Source of the DNA: Alphaproteobacteria bacterium
GTDB taxonomy: Bacteria; Pseudomonadota; Alphaproteobacteria; Puniceispirillales; Marisalimonadaceae
Direction of reading: 5' to 3'
Assembly: GCA_016777645.1 (NCBI GenBank)
Contig: JADHRC010000001.1
Span: 1-53,944, forward strand
DNA: 53,944 bases
Shown here piece by piece: positions 31,196-41,307 of this stretch. The notes beneath the pieces were generated by a model that saw nothing but the letters and a program-made list of their open reading frames with translations, ran no database searches and had not been told where the DNA came from. Position 1 is the first letter of the stretch, and the number at the start of each line of letters is the position of its first letter. Position numbers and translations under genes: made by a program.

Positions 31196-31349
31196 TAATA
31201 ATTTAAAGATATTATAGTGTTGTAGCGAAAATTCTTAACAAACAATAATTATATTACAGATCATTGAAAAAAACTCAATTTACTTACAAGACTTTTCTTT
31301 AAAAATTATATAAAAATAACAACCAATATATATTTAATTTAGGAAACCT

Positions 31350-31994
31350 ATGCTTCAGCTTGATAGTGTCTCAATAAATAGAGGAAATAGTGTTATATTC
31401 TCAAATTTAAAAGCTACGCTTAATACTCCAGGTTTAAATTTAATCAGAGGTAAAAATGGCTCTGGAAAAACTACTTTATTGAGAACTATTGCAGGTTTTA
31501 TACCCATTGAAAGCGGTAAAGTTATTTACAATAGAAAAGATATTACGTTTAGAAAAAATGAATGGGTTAAAAAAATAATTTATGTTGATAGCCACAATGG
31601 CCTATCAGAAGACTTAACCGTTTTTGAAAATTTAGAAGCTTGGCTTAACATGAAAGGTTGGTCATCTTCAAAACAAAAAGTAACAGAAGCCTTAAAAAGC
31701 TTAGACATGGATAAATATTCCAATATTTATATTTCCAAATGTTCTGAAGGTTTAAAAAAAAGAGCTGCTTTAGTTAGATTATATTTTTCTTATATTTTTG
31801 AGGTTAAATTTTGGCTGCTAGACGAACCATCAAATGGGCTTGATCAAGCTAGCATATTACTATTTAAAAAAATGATTACAAATTTTTTACAGCAAAACGG
31901 TACAATTATTTTAACCACACATGATAAAAATTTATTTAACGAAAAACATAATGTTATAAATTTAGATTTATTAAAAGAGTTGAGAGCAAAATGA
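31350..31994 (+). CDS. ccmA: Cytochrome c maturation ABC ATPase CcmA
   Basis: Walker A GKNGSGKTT, LTVFENL, Walker B WLLDEP, H-loop TTH; first gene of the ccm operon. Confidence 0.88.
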   Translation: MLQLDSVSINRGNSVIFSNLKATLNTPGLNLIRGKNGSGKTTLLRTIAGFIPIESGKVIYNRKDITFRKNEWVKKIIYVDSHNGLSEDLTVFENLEAWLNMKGWSSSKQKVTEALKSLDMDKYSNIYISKCSEGLKKRAALVRLYFSYIFEVKFWLLDEPSNGLDQASILLFKKMITNFLQQNGTIILTTHDKNLFNEKHNVINLDLLKELRAK

Positions 31995-32683
31995 CCTCAA
32001 GTAATTCAAGTTGGTCATTTGTGTTTGTCACTCACTTGAAAAGAGATTTTTTAATTAATTTCCGTTCACTAATAGACCTTGTCTCTATAATAAGTTTTAT
32101 GTTTTTGATAATAATTTTATTTATTCTAGGAGTAGGACCTTTTAAAGAAAAATTAGAAATTATTGGAAATGCTATTATTTGGGTAGGGTTAATTTTATCT
32201 ATAATACCCTCATTAGAAAAAACATTACAAAAAGATTTTGAAAATGGATGGTTTGACCAACTAGCTACAAGTTCTATTCCACTTGAAATTGTCCTGTTGT
32301 CTAGAAGTATTTCTTATTGGTTAATAGTTATGATCCCATTCCTTTTTGCTGCACCTTTGTTTATTATTCTCCTTAATATAGAACTTAAGGCAGTACCTTG
32401 GTTACTTCTTACAATGACTATTGGAAGCTTAGCTATATCTTTAATTGGTTTGAATGGTGCCTCGCTAATATTAGGCGCAAAAAGAGGAAATATTTTATTG
32501 CCTATATTGATCATACCTCTAGTAATCCCTATTTTAATATTTGGAGTTGGTGTCAACGAAGCTATAAAAATGGAAGCAGACCCTATTAGCAATTTACTGT
32601 TATTAGTAGCTTTTACGTTAATATATTTAGTTATTTCTCCTTTTATTTCTGCTTTATTGATAAGAATAGCCATTGCACGTTAA
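31991..32683 (+). CDS. ccmB: Heme exporter protein CcmB
   Basis: Six-TM protein with DFENG.FDQL and LLPIL.IPL.IPILIFG; ATGA overlap with ccmA. Confidence 0.9.
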   Translation: MTSSNSSWSFVFVTHLKRDFLINFRSLIDLVSIISFMFLIIILFILGVGPFKEKLEIIGNAIIWVGLILSIIPSLEKTLQKDFENGWFDQLATSSIPLEIVLLSRSISYWLIVMIPFLFAAPLFIILLNIELKAVPWLLLTMTIGSLAISLIGLNGASLILGAKRGNILLPILIIPLVIPILIFGVGVNEAIKMEADPISNLLLLVAFTLIYLVISPFISALLIRIAIAR

Positions 32684-32726
32684 ATAGAGTTGAGTATTAA
32701 AATGCCAGATGAAAATAAAATAATAA

Positions 32727-33479
32727 TTGTTAGAAAGACATTCATTCGTGATTAATTGGCTTGCAAATCCAAATAGATTTTCAAAATTAACAAATAAGCT
32801 TCAAATACCTTTGCTTTCAATATCTACGATTATGATATTATTAGGTCTTTATTATGGACTTTTTGATAGCCCAAAAGATTATCAACAAGGTGATGCTGTC
32901 AGAATAATGTATGTTCATGTACCCTCGGCTTGGCTTGCATCATTTTTATTTTTAAGTTTAGCTATTTCCTGTGTTTTCTATTTAGTGTGGAAACATCCAT
33001 TAGCAGATTTAATTTCTAATTCAATAGCACCCATTGGGGCTGTTTTTTCTATTTTAACCCTGGTTACTGGATCTTTATGGGGCAAACCAATGTGGGGCAC
33101 ATGGTGGGTATGGGACGCCAGGTTAACTTCAATGCTGATTTTGTTCTTTTTTTATCTTGGATATATATTGTTAAGTAATGCATTTGAAAGAAAGATAGAT
33201 GGATCAAAATCTGCATCAGTTTTAGCAATAGTTGGTATAATTAATTTACCTATAATCAAGTTCTCTGTTGATTGGTGGCATACTTTACATCAGCCATCAA
33301 GTATTCTGAGAATGGATGGACCATCGATTGATAAAGAAATGCTCCTTCCTTTAACTCTGATGATGGTTGGCTTCAGCTTGTTTTCCTTATTTTTAATAAT
33401 TATAAATGTTAAGACAAAGTTATTAGAAAAAAAATGTGAAGCATTAATTTTAAAATTAAATTTAAAAGAATTTTCATAA
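32727..33479 (+). CDS. ccmC: Heme exporter protein CcmC
   Basis: QGDAVRIMYVHVP, WWD motif WGKPMWGTWWVWDARLT, WWHTLHQ. Confidence 0.96.
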   Translation: MLERHSFVINWLANPNRFSKLTNKLQIPLLSISTIMILLGLYYGLFDSPKDYQQGDAVRIMYVHVPSAWLASFLFLSLAISCVFYLVWKHPLADLISNSIAPIGAVFSILTLVTGSLWGKPMWGTWWVWDARLTSMLILFFFYLGYILLSNAFERKIDGSKSASVLAIVGIINLPIIKFSVDWWHTLHQPSSILRMDGPSIDKEMLLPLTLMMVGFSLFSLFLIIINVKTKLLEKKCEALILKLNLKEFS

Positions 33480-33491
33480 AGAGGATAATTT

Positions 33492-33647
33492 ATGTTTGAA
33501 TTTTCGGGAACAATGGATGCTTACAGTATTTATGTCTGGCCAAGCTATTGTGTGACATTATTTAGTTTAGTTTACTTATTTGTTCGCTCTATCTATAAAT
33601 CCAAAAAAGCTAAAGAAATGTTAAATCAGTTAAGAAAAGAGCAATAA
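33492..33647 (+). CDS. ccmD: Heme exporter protein CcmD (51 aa; absent from the ORF track)
   Basis: Hand translation: MFEFSGTMDAYSIYVWPSYCVTLFSLVYLFVRSIYKSKKAKEMLNQLRKEQ*. YVW..Y motif, one TM helix, basic tail, GAGG SD, located between ccmC and ccmE. Confidence 0.88.
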   Translation: MFEFSGTMDAYSIYVWPSYCVTLFSLVYLFVRSIYKSKKAKEMLNQLRKEQ

Positions 33648-33687
33648 TTGATCTCTTATAATTTTAATTTAAAATGAAAACTTCCTT

Positions 33688-34128
33688 ATGAACCCAAAAT
33701 ATAGAAGATTATTTATTATCACTTTAATAATATGCACTCTTGGAATAGCTACTCAACTTATCTTAATGGCTATAAGAGATAATATTGTATATTTTTACAC
33801 TCCTAACGAATTAATAAATAAATATGGAATAAACAAAAATATAAAAAATAAAATTAGAGTCGGTGGACTTGTGCTAGAAGATTCTGTCGTTAAAAATAAA
33901 AATTTTGTAAATTTTACTATTACTGACAAGAAAGACGAGATCCGAGTAACTTTTGACGGACAACTACCTGATTTGTTCAGAGAAGGTCAAGGTATAGTGG
34001 CTGAAGGATTTTTTCAAAATAACAAACTTGTAGCAAGTCAGGTTCTTGCAAAACACGATGAAAACTATATGCCTCCTGAAGTGGCCGATGCTCTTAAGAA
34101 AAATGGTGCTTGGAAAGGAGATAAATAA
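33688..34128 (+). CDS. ccmE: Heme chaperone CcmE
   Basis: YFYTP, RVGGLV, LPDLFREGQG, heme-binding LAKHDENY. Confidence 0.96.
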   Translation: MNPKYRRLFIITLIICTLGIATQLILMAIRDNIVYFYTPNELINKYGINKNIKNKIRVGGLVLEDSVVKNKNFVNFTITDKKDEIRVTFDGQLPDLFREGQGIVAEGFFQNNKLVASQVLAKHDENYMPPEVADALKKNGAWKGDK

Positions 34129-34130
34129 TA

Positions 34131-36098
34131 ATGATACCCGAATTAGGACATGTATTTCTTGTCTTAGCGTTTGTTGCATCAATAATGCAGATTGTTTTTT
34201 GGACTTATCATATTAATAGTTTTAATGAATTAGCATTAGATATTTTAAAAAAAAGTGCCCTTTTAAATTGTATATTTATCTTAATATCTTTTTTAATTTT
34301 AACATATAGTTTTATTATTTCTGATTTTTCATTATTAATCGTTTCTAACAATTCACATACATTAAAACCATTAATTTATAAAATAAGTGGCACTTGGGGT
34401 AATCATGAAGGTTCTCTTCTACTGTGGGTATTGATTTTATCTTCTTTTACCTTTTTAGTTTCATATAAAAAGACCCATAATAATGGTGAATTATTATTCT
34501 CAATAATAGGAGTGCAAACCTTAATTTTATGTTTGTTTTTAGCATTTATTTTATTAACTTCTAATCCTTTCGAGAGAGTAAGCGCAATTCCGATTGAAGG
34601 GAGAGGTCTAAACCCTTTGCTCCAAGATCCAGGATTAGCCTTTCATCCACCAATGCTCTATGTTGGTTATGTTGGTCTATCAGTTTCATTTTCTTTTGCA
34701 GTTGGAGCTTTGATTACCGGTAAGATTAATAAAGAATGGGCCCAGCAAATCAGGCCCTGGATAACAATTGCATGGTCAGCACTCACCATGGGGATAGCGT
34801 TGGGAAGTTGGTGGGCATACTATGAATTAGGCTGGGGTGGCTGGTGGTTTTGGGATCCAGTTGAAAATGCTTCTTTTATGCCCTGGTTAATCGCAACCGC
34901 ATTATTACATTCAATTAGAATTTTAGAAACAAGACTCATATTTATTAATTGGTGTATTCTTCTTTCAATTCTTGGCTTTGCATTTTCATTGTTAGGTACA
35001 TTTATAGTTAGATCTGGTTTGTTAACCTCAGTTCATTCTTTTGCTTCTGACCCTTCTAGAGGTATTTTTATTTTAATAATTTTAGTAATATCAGTAGGTG
35101 GCCCACTAATTTTGTATGCTTTAAAAAGTTCACTTTTTAGAGAACAAAAGGTACAATTCAACTTGCTTAGCAAAGAGAGCGCTCTTCTAATCAATAATTT
35201 ATTTTTTACAACTGCGACTGCAACAGTTTTAATAGGAACTTTATATCCATTATTTCTAGATGCTTTTAATGGAGATAAAATTTCAATTGGACCAGCTTAT
35301 TATAATGCTACATTTGCACCAATAATGGCGCCAATAATTTTATTAATGGCCATTGCTCCTTTTTTTAATTGGGGGAAAGGAAAGTCAAAAAACTTGCTTA
35401 AAATAATTGCAATTCTAATAACAACATCTCTAGTATCAGTTATTACTTTATACACTATTGATGGTTCATCAATTTTTGCAATTATCTGTGGATCTTTATC
35501 AATATGGTTGTTTGTTGGAGTAGTAAGTGACTTAATCATAAAGTTTACTGAAACAAAAATAAAGTTAAATAAAGTTAGTAATCTCTTTATCTATATTTCA
35601 AAAAATAAAATAGGAATGAATATTGCTCATTTAGGAGTTGCAATTTTTCTGGCAGGAGTTACTGGAGAGCAGTTTTTTAAAACAGAGTTTAGTGGAAGGA
35701 AAAATATTGGAGATACTTTTAGTATTGGAAATAGAGTTTTAGAATTTAAAAATTTTGAGACAATAAATGGACCAAATTATCAATCCGAAATGGGTATATT
35801 TACACTTCACCATAATAGTAAATTCATTGGCTACCTTAAACCAGAAAAACGTTATTACCCAACAGAACAAACTCAAACAACTGAAGCAGCTATAATTAGT
35901 AACTTCTTGGGTGACACATATATTGTTTTAGGAGAAGGAAATTACGAAACAGGGTGGTCAATTAGAATATATTTTAACCCTTTAGTATCGTGGATATGGG
36001 CAGGAGCTTTTTTAATGGCCTTAGGCGGTGTCACATCTATTATACAAAATAAAAAGACATTTAATAATGCCACTAAGGTAAGCTTAAATGAAATCTAA
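34131..36098 (+). CDS. ccmF: Heme lyase CcmF
   Basis: WGNHEGS, LNPLLQ..HPP.LY.GY, WAYYELGWGGWWFWDPVEN, SVHSFA, AHLG. Confidence 0.96.
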   Translation: MIPELGHVFLVLAFVASIMQIVFWTYHINSFNELALDILKKSALLNCIFILISFLILTYSFIISDFSLLIVSNNSHTLKPLIYKISGTWGNHEGSLLLWVLILSSFTFLVSYKKTHNNGELLFSIIGVQTLILCLFLAFILLTSNPFERVSAIPIEGRGLNPLLQDPGLAFHPPMLYVGYVGLSVSFSFAVGALITGKINKEWAQQIRPWITIAWSALTMGIALGSWWAYYELGWGGWWFWDPVENASFMPWLIATALLHSIRILETRLIFINWCILLSILGFAFSLLGTFIVRSGLLTSVHSFASDPSRGIFILIILVISVGGPLILYALKSSLFREQKVQFNLLSKESALLINNLFFTTATATVLIGTLYPLFLDAFNGDKISIGPAYYNATFAPIMAPIILLMAIAPFFNWGKGKSKNLLKIIAILITTSLVSVITLYTIDGSSIFAIICGSLSIWLFVGVVSDLIIKFTETKIKLNKVSNLFIYISKNKIGMNIAHLGVAIFLAGVTGEQFFKTEFSGRKNIGDTFSIGNRVLEFKNFETINGPNYQSEMGIFTLHHNSKFIGYLKPEKRYYPTEQTQTTEAAIISNFLGDTYIVLGEGNYETGWSIRIYFNPLVSWIWAGAFLMALGGVTSIIQNKKTFNNATKVSLNEI

Positions 36099-36654
36099 AT
36101 TCTCAATTACAAACTTTCTACCAGTTATCCTTTTCTCGTTTATAGTAATTATATCAGGATTAGTACTTTACAAACTTAGGAGTTCGTCCTCGCCCCCCTC
36201 AAATATAACTTCTCAATTAATTGGTAAAAAAATCCCAGAAGTACCTGTGAAATTAGCTAATTTGAATCTTAATATTAATAATGAAGAGTTCTTAAATTTC
36301 AAAAATTATCAAAACCAACTTTTTGCAGTTAATTTTTTTGCTTCATGGTGTGCTCCTTGTAGGGTGGAAGCGCCTCTTATTGAAGATTTATCTAAAATTA
36401 TACCTGTCATTGGAATTGCATATAAAGATAAAGACATTGATACTAAAAAGTTTTTAGAAGAGTTTGGAAACCCTTACAAAAAAATTGGTGCAGATAGTTC
36501 AGGAAAAATTGCTATTGAATGGGGCGTTTATGGTGTCCCGGAGACATTTCTTATTAATGAAAAAGGAGATATTATTTATCGCCATGCTGGCCCCCTATTA
36601 TATAATGTTTTTAAGTCTGAAATTTTACCTTTAATAAAAAATAAAAACCAATGA
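36088..36654 (+). CDS. ccmG: Thiol:disulfide interchange protein CcmG/DsbE
   Basis: N-terminal TM anchor, FASWCAPC, WGVYGVPETF. Confidence 0.93.
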   Translation: MKSKFSITNFLPVILFSFIVIISGLVLYKLRSSSSPPSNITSQLIGKKIPEVPVKLANLNLNINNEEFLNFKNYQNQLFAVNFFASWCAPCRVEAPLIEDLSKIIPVIGIAYKDKDIDTKKFLEEFGNPYKKIGADSSGKIAIEWGVYGVPETFLINEKGDIIYRHAGPLLYNVFKSEILPLIKNKNQ

Positions 36655-37043
36655 AAAAACAATTTTGTTCAATACTTTCTATATGTTTTCTATATATAAC
36701 AATTATTTCAAATATAACTCTAGCTGAAGAAAAAAATACACAACTTAATTTTTTAACAAACAAAACTAGAGAAATTGCACAAAATATAAAATGCTTGGTT
36801 TGCCAGAACCAAAGTATTGATGAATCTAACTCAGAATTAGCAAAAGACTTAAAAAAGTTAATAGAGGAGAAATTAAATGATGGGTTGGATGAAGATGAAA
36901 TTTACACTTTTTTGCGTGAACGATATGGGGATTATATTTTATTAAAACCACCACTTAATACCAATACTATTTTGTTATGGTTTTTACCTTTTATTATTCT
37001 AGTGTTTAGTTCTATTTATATATTTAAATTTTTTAAAAAATAA
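36651..37043 (+). CDS. ccmH: Cytochrome c biogenesis protein CcmH/CycL
   Basis: IKCLVCQNQSIDES, RYGDYILLKPP, LW.LP. Confidence 0.93.
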   Translation: MKKQFCSILSICFLYITIISNITLAEEKNTQLNFLTNKTREIAQNIKCLVCQNQSIDESNSELAKDLKKLIEEKLNDGLDEDEIYTFLRERYGDYILLKPPLNTNTILLWFLPFIILVFSSIYIFKFFKK

Positions 37044-37063
37044 ATTCTTATTGAAAAGATTTA

Positions 37064-38251
37064 GTGATGATTTTTATTACAATATTAATTTTAAGCTTCC
37101 TGAGTATTTTATTTATTTGTAAGAATATCATATCTAAGAATTTGAATAATAAAAAATATACAATCTTAATTTGTTCAGTACTGTTTTTGTTTTCATTTAG
37201 CTCATTGATCTATTATCAAATAGGTAGTCCATTTTTAAATATGAAAGAGCTTTATTCATTAAGAAATAAAATATTAGAGGCCAAAGTTGAACAAAATAAA
37301 AATTTAGCTAATGATCTAAAAAGATTTGATGAATTAAATCTAGCATCTCAAAATGATCCTCAGAATATAAACATACTTTTGAATTTAGCAGCAATTGCTT
37401 CAAAAATTAATAAGGTAGAGTTCGAAATTGCCACTTTACAAAAGTTACAATTAATTGAAAATTCTCCTAAAATTAAATCATTGCTTGCACAAGCAATTGT
37501 AAAGAAAGCTAATGGACAAGTAACGTCAAGAGCGCAAAAACTAATTGATGATGCTTTAGCTGATAATCCCTCAGAACCTGGAGCAAATTTCTTAAATGGT
37601 TTAGCACAGTCACAAATTGGAAATGACGAGGCAGCTCTGAAAATATGGATGCAACTATATAATAATACTTCTATTGATAATGCTTGGAAAAATGACTTAG
37701 AAACAAATATTAGAATTGCAGCAAAAAAATTAGGTATTAGTCAGCGTGTAATAGACAAAAAACTTATAAATAATGTAAAGATTACTGATCCTATTGCTAA
37801 TGATATTTTAAACCTAAGTGAAAAAGAACAAAATATAAGAATTAACCAAATGGTCGAACAATTAGCAAATCGACTTACTAAAGATAAAAAAGACTTGGAT
37901 GGTTGGATAAAATTATTCCAATCTTATAAAGTTTTAAAAAACAATTATAAAGCCTTGGAAGCGCTTAGAACTGCAATTGAGATTAGCCCTACTATATTTC
38001 TAAAACAAACTCTTTTAAAAGAACTACTCCCTCCAAATAAAAAACCTAATTTTACTTCAGAAACTGTCAATCTAATTGATCAGATATTACTTGAAGACCA
38101 AAACAATGTTGACGCTTTATTTTTTAAAGGTTTAAAAGCTTTTAATGAAGGAGATAAAAAAATAGCAACAATATATTGGAAAAAATTAATATCTATACTT
38201 CCTTCAAACTCTCAAATGTCTATAGAACTCTCTAAAAAGTTAGAAAAGTAG
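37064..38251 (+). CDS. ccmI: CcmI/CycH-like TPR protein
   Basis: Two N-terminal TMs ending IYYQIGSP, TPR-like helices, MVEQLANRL..D.DGW; last gene of the ccm operon. Confidence 0.75.
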   Translation: MMIFITILILSFLSILFICKNIISKNLNNKKYTILICSVLFLFSFSSLIYYQIGSPFLNMKELYSLRNKILEAKVEQNKNLANDLKRFDELNLASQNDPQNINILLNLAAIASKINKVEFEIATLQKLQLIENSPKIKSLLAQAIVKKANGQVTSRAQKLIDDALADNPSEPGANFLNGLAQSQIGNDEAALKIWMQLYNNTSIDNAWKNDLETNIRIAAKKLGISQRVIDKKLINNVKITDPIANDILNLSEKEQNIRINQMVEQLANRLTKDKKDLDGWIKLFQSYKVLKNNYKALEALRTAIEISPTIFLKQTLLKELLPPNKKPNFTSETVNLIDQILLEDQNNVDALFFKGLKAFNEGDKKIATIYWKKLISILPSNSQMSIELSKKLEK

Positions 38252-38252
38252 A

Positions 38253-38810
38253 TTAGTCTTTTTTAACTTGATGTTTCTGCATTATTGGCAAAGACAACAA
38301 GCCAAAACCTAAGGATAAAATTGGGATACCAAAGGCTTTGAAAGAGACCCATTGATCAGTTGTTAAATTTCTCCATGCAATCTCATTGGCTAGTGCCATA
38401 ATTATAAACATAGCCACCCACAACCATGTTAATTTATTCCAACCTTCGTCGTCTAAATTTACTGCAGATTTCATGATAGCGGCAAGTGGATTTTTTCCTA
38501 AAATTTTTCCTGATGCTAAAACACCAGCTATAATGATTGAAACAATTGTTGGTTTTATTTTAATAAAAAAATCATCATCAAAAAATATTGTTAGACTTCC
38601 AAAAAAAACAACAGCCACGCACCCCGCAGCTGCCATCATAGGAATATTCTTAAACCAATACCATGAGAGTGCAAGTGAGAACAAAGTACTTAAAACTAAA
38701 ACAGCAGTACCAGCCATTATCCCATAAAAATAATTAACACCAAAAAATAGTAATAAAGGTCCCATTTCAAGAATAGACCTATAACCCTCTTTTTTATTAA
38801 CTTTCTCCAA
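38253..38810 (-). CDS. ispZ: Inner-membrane protein YciB / septation protein IspZ
   Basis: EMGPLLLFF, FIKIKPTI, W..L...W, ANE..W, WVSFK.FG. TTG start with AGGAG SD. Confidence 0.92.
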   Translation of the reverse strand: MEKVNKKEGYRSILEMGPLLLFFGVNYFYGIMAGTAVLVLSTLFSLALSWYWFKNIPMMAAAGCVAVVFFGSLTIFFDDDFFIKIKPTIVSIIIAGVLASGKILGKNPLAAIMKSAVNLDDEGWNKLTWLWVAMFIIMALANEIAWRNLTTDQWVSFKAFGIPILSLGFGLLSLPIMQKHQVKKD

Positions 38811-38820
38811 TATTAGTCTC

Positions 38821-39825
38821 CTAAGCTAAAACCAAACTCTTTTTCATTATAATTTTTTCAATTTTTTCTGTTGCAAATCTTAAAATATCACCATTCTTTG
38901 AAAATCTTGCATTTTCACTTAGTTCTTGTCTCCAATGTTTAGCACCAGGTAAACAGTTATACAAACCTAAAATATGCCTAGTTATAGAGTGTACATACCC
39001 TCCTTCTTTTTTGACACAATTATCAATATAATCTGCCATTTCCATAGCTATTTCATACCTAGACTTAGAAATTTTATCCTTACTAAACACATCTCTATCC
39101 ACAGAGTTCAAAATATATGGGTTTTTATATACTTCTCTTCCTATCATAAATCCATCAAGACTATATTTTTGAAGAAGTTCCAGACCATCATCAATTGTTT
39201 TTATACCACCATTTATAATTATTTCTAAATCTGGTCTTCTACTTTTTAAAGCTCCTACTCTTCTGTAATTTAATGGAGGAATTTCCCTATTTTGTTTTGG
39301 ACTTAATCCATTTAAAATAGCTTTCCTTGCATGAATTATAAATTTGTTAACACCCTCCTGAGATACTATATCAATAAAATTATCTAACCCTTGTTCTTCA
39401 TCCATATCATCAACACCTATTCTACATTTAATAGAAACAGGCACTTGGCAATTATCTTTAATATACTTTACGCAATTAGCAACTAAGAGAGGATCTTTCA
39501 TTAAACAAGCACCAAATGAACCATTTTGAACTCTATTTGAAGGACAGCCTACATTTAAATTAATTTGAGAATAACCATAATCTTCTCCATATTTCGCGGC
39601 TTCTACTAATTTTTTAGGATCACTACCGCCTAGTTGAAGAATACAAGGTAATTCCTCTTTGTTAAAATTTAATAATTTTTGACGCGGACCAAATATAATT
39701 GCATCAACTGAAATCATTTCAGTGTAAAGAACAGCATATTTAGAAATAAGTCTAAGAAAATATCTGCAGTGTTTGTCAGTCCATTCCATCATTGGAGCAA
39801 CTGAAAATCTTTCATCCAGAGTCAA
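38821..39825 (-). CDS. dusA: tRNA-dihydrouridine synthase DusA
   Basis: SVAPMMEWTD.HCR, QLGGSDP, NLNVGCPS, KCRIG, HARKA.L.GLSPKQNREIPPL. Confidence 0.95.
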   Translation of the reverse strand: MTLDERFSVAPMMEWTDKHCRYFLRLISKYAVLYTEMISVDAIIFGPRQKLLNFNKEELPCILQLGGSDPKKLVEAAKYGEDYGYSQINLNVGCPSNRVQNGSFGACLMKDPLLVANCVKYIKDNCQVPVSIKCRIGVDDMDEEQGLDNFIDIVSQEGVNKFIIHARKAILNGLSPKQNREIPPLNYRRVGALKSRRPDLEIIINGGIKTIDDGLELLQKYSLDGFMIGREVYKNPYILNSVDRDVFSKDKISKSRYEIAMEMADYIDNCVKKEGGYVHSITRHILGLYNCLPGAKHWRQELSENARFSKNGDILRFATEKIEKIIMKKSLVLA

Positions 39826-39898
39826 AGATTAATCCACCAAATTAATTTTAATTTAAATTCAATAATTATAATATTTATTTATTTTAAACAACATTAAT

Positions 39899-39931
39899 AA
39901 AAAAAAGCTAAGGAACACCTTAGCTTTTTTT
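39899..39931 (-). terminator. Intrinsic terminator downstream of metY, potentially bidirectional
   Basis: A8-GCTAAGG-AACA-CCTTAGC-T7 perfect hairpin, about 25 nt past the metY stop. Confidence 0.85.
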
Positions 39932-39955
39932 ATTAGAATTTAGCTGATAAAGTTA

Positions 39956-41251
39956 TTATTGAGACTGATCCAAAGCTTGTTTTAAGTCATTAATTATATC
40001 ATCAACATGTTCTATACCTACTGATAATCTAACATAAGACTCAGAAACACCTGTTTTAAGTTGTTCTTCAGATGATAACTGACTATGTGTAGTTGTGGCA
40101 GGATGGATTGCCAAACTTCTTGAGTCACCGATGTTTGCAACATGATAGAATAATTCTAATGCATCAATAAACTTTTTTCCTGAATTTAAGCCTCCTTTAA
40201 GTTCAAAACCTAACAGTCCTCCATATCCACCATGTAAATGATTGTCTGCTGATGATTTTGAGCTTCCAGTTTGAAGTTCAGGATAAATAACTTTTTCAAC
40301 TAAATCATGATCTTTTAAGAAATGAGCAACCTTAGATGCATTTTCACAGTGTGCTCTCATTCTTAAACTAAGAGTTTCAAGACCCTGTAAAATTAGAAAT
40401 GCGTTGAATGGACTGAGAGCTCCACCTAAATCACGTAGCAATGTTACACGAGCCTTTATGATGTAGGCAATTGGGCCCAAGGGTTTAACTGCGTCAACCC
40501 AAACAGCTCCGTTATAAGAAGGATCTGGAGTGTTCAATGCTGGTTGTCTTTCTTTACCTGCAGCTTCCCAATCAAAATTACCGCTGTCAACTATCATTCC
40601 ACCAATAGAGTTTCCATGACCACCAATATACTTAGTTAAAGAATAAACAACTATGGCAGCACCATGCTTAATTGGCTGACAAATTATTGGAGCGGCTGTG
40701 TTATCAACAATTAGCGGTATTCCAAACTTTTTACCAATTTCACTAACTTCTGAAATAGGAAAAACCTCTAATTTTGGATTGGGTAAAGTCTCGGCATAGT
40801 ACGCACGAGTTCTACTATCAGTTGCATCTTCAAACGCTTTTGGATTAGAAGGGTCTACAAATCTTACTTCTATCCCCATATCTTTTAATGTATTTGAAAA
40901 AAGGTTCCAAGTGCCACCATATAGATGAGTTGAGCTGACAATATTATCTCCAGCTTTAGCAAGGTTTTGTATAGCAAAAGCAGAAGCTGTTTGACCTGAT
41001 GACACTGCTAATGCCGCTACACCACCTTCTAAAGCGGCAACTCTCTTCTCTAAGATATCATTTGTGGGATTCATAATTCTTGTATAAATATTACCCAATT
41101 CACTCAAGGAGAATAAGTTAGCTGCCTGATCAGTATTTTTAAATTGATAGCTAGTAGTTTGGTGGATAGGTACCGCAACTGATCCAGTAGTTTCATCAGC
41201 ACGCCAGCCAGCATGTAAACCAATAGTCTCTGGGTGTTTTGAATTTGTCAT
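39956..41251 (-). CDS. metY: O-acetylhomoserine aminocarboxypropyltransferase (sulfhydrylase)
   Basis: VPIHQTTSY, IYTRIMNPT, LYGGT, VDNT, PLP lysine in SLTKYIGGHG, ANIGD.RSL.IHPA.TTH. AAGGAG SD. Confidence 0.93.
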   Translation of the reverse strand: MTNSKHPETIGLHAGWRADETTGSVAVPIHQTTSYQFKNTDQAANLFSLSELGNIYTRIMNPTNDILEKRVAALEGGVAALAVSSGQTASAFAIQNLAKAGDNIVSSTHLYGGTWNLFSNTLKDMGIEVRFVDPSNPKAFEDATDSRTRAYYAETLPNPKLEVFPISEVSEIGKKFGIPLIVDNTAAPIICQPIKHGAAIVVYSLTKYIGGHGNSIGGMIVDSGNFDWEAAGKERQPALNTPDPSYNGAVWVDAVKPLGPIAYIIKARVTLLRDLGGALSPFNAFLILQGLETLSLRMRAHCENASKVAHFLKDHDLVEKVIYPELQTGSSKSSADNHLHGGYGGLLGFELKGGLNSGKKFIDALELFYHVANIGDSRSLAIHPATTTHSQLSSEEQLKTGVSESYVRLSVGIEHVDDIINDLKQALDQSQ

Positions 41252-41278
41252 AATTAACTCCTTTAAATAATAAAAACT

Positions 41279-41307
41279 TATGTAAAAAAAAATATTCTAT
41301 TAATCAA
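41279..41307 (-). promoter_or_regulatory. Candidate sigma70 promoter of metY
   Basis: Minus strand TTGATT-N17-TACATA about 28 nt upstream of the ATG; the AT-rich background limits significance. Confidence 0.4.
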
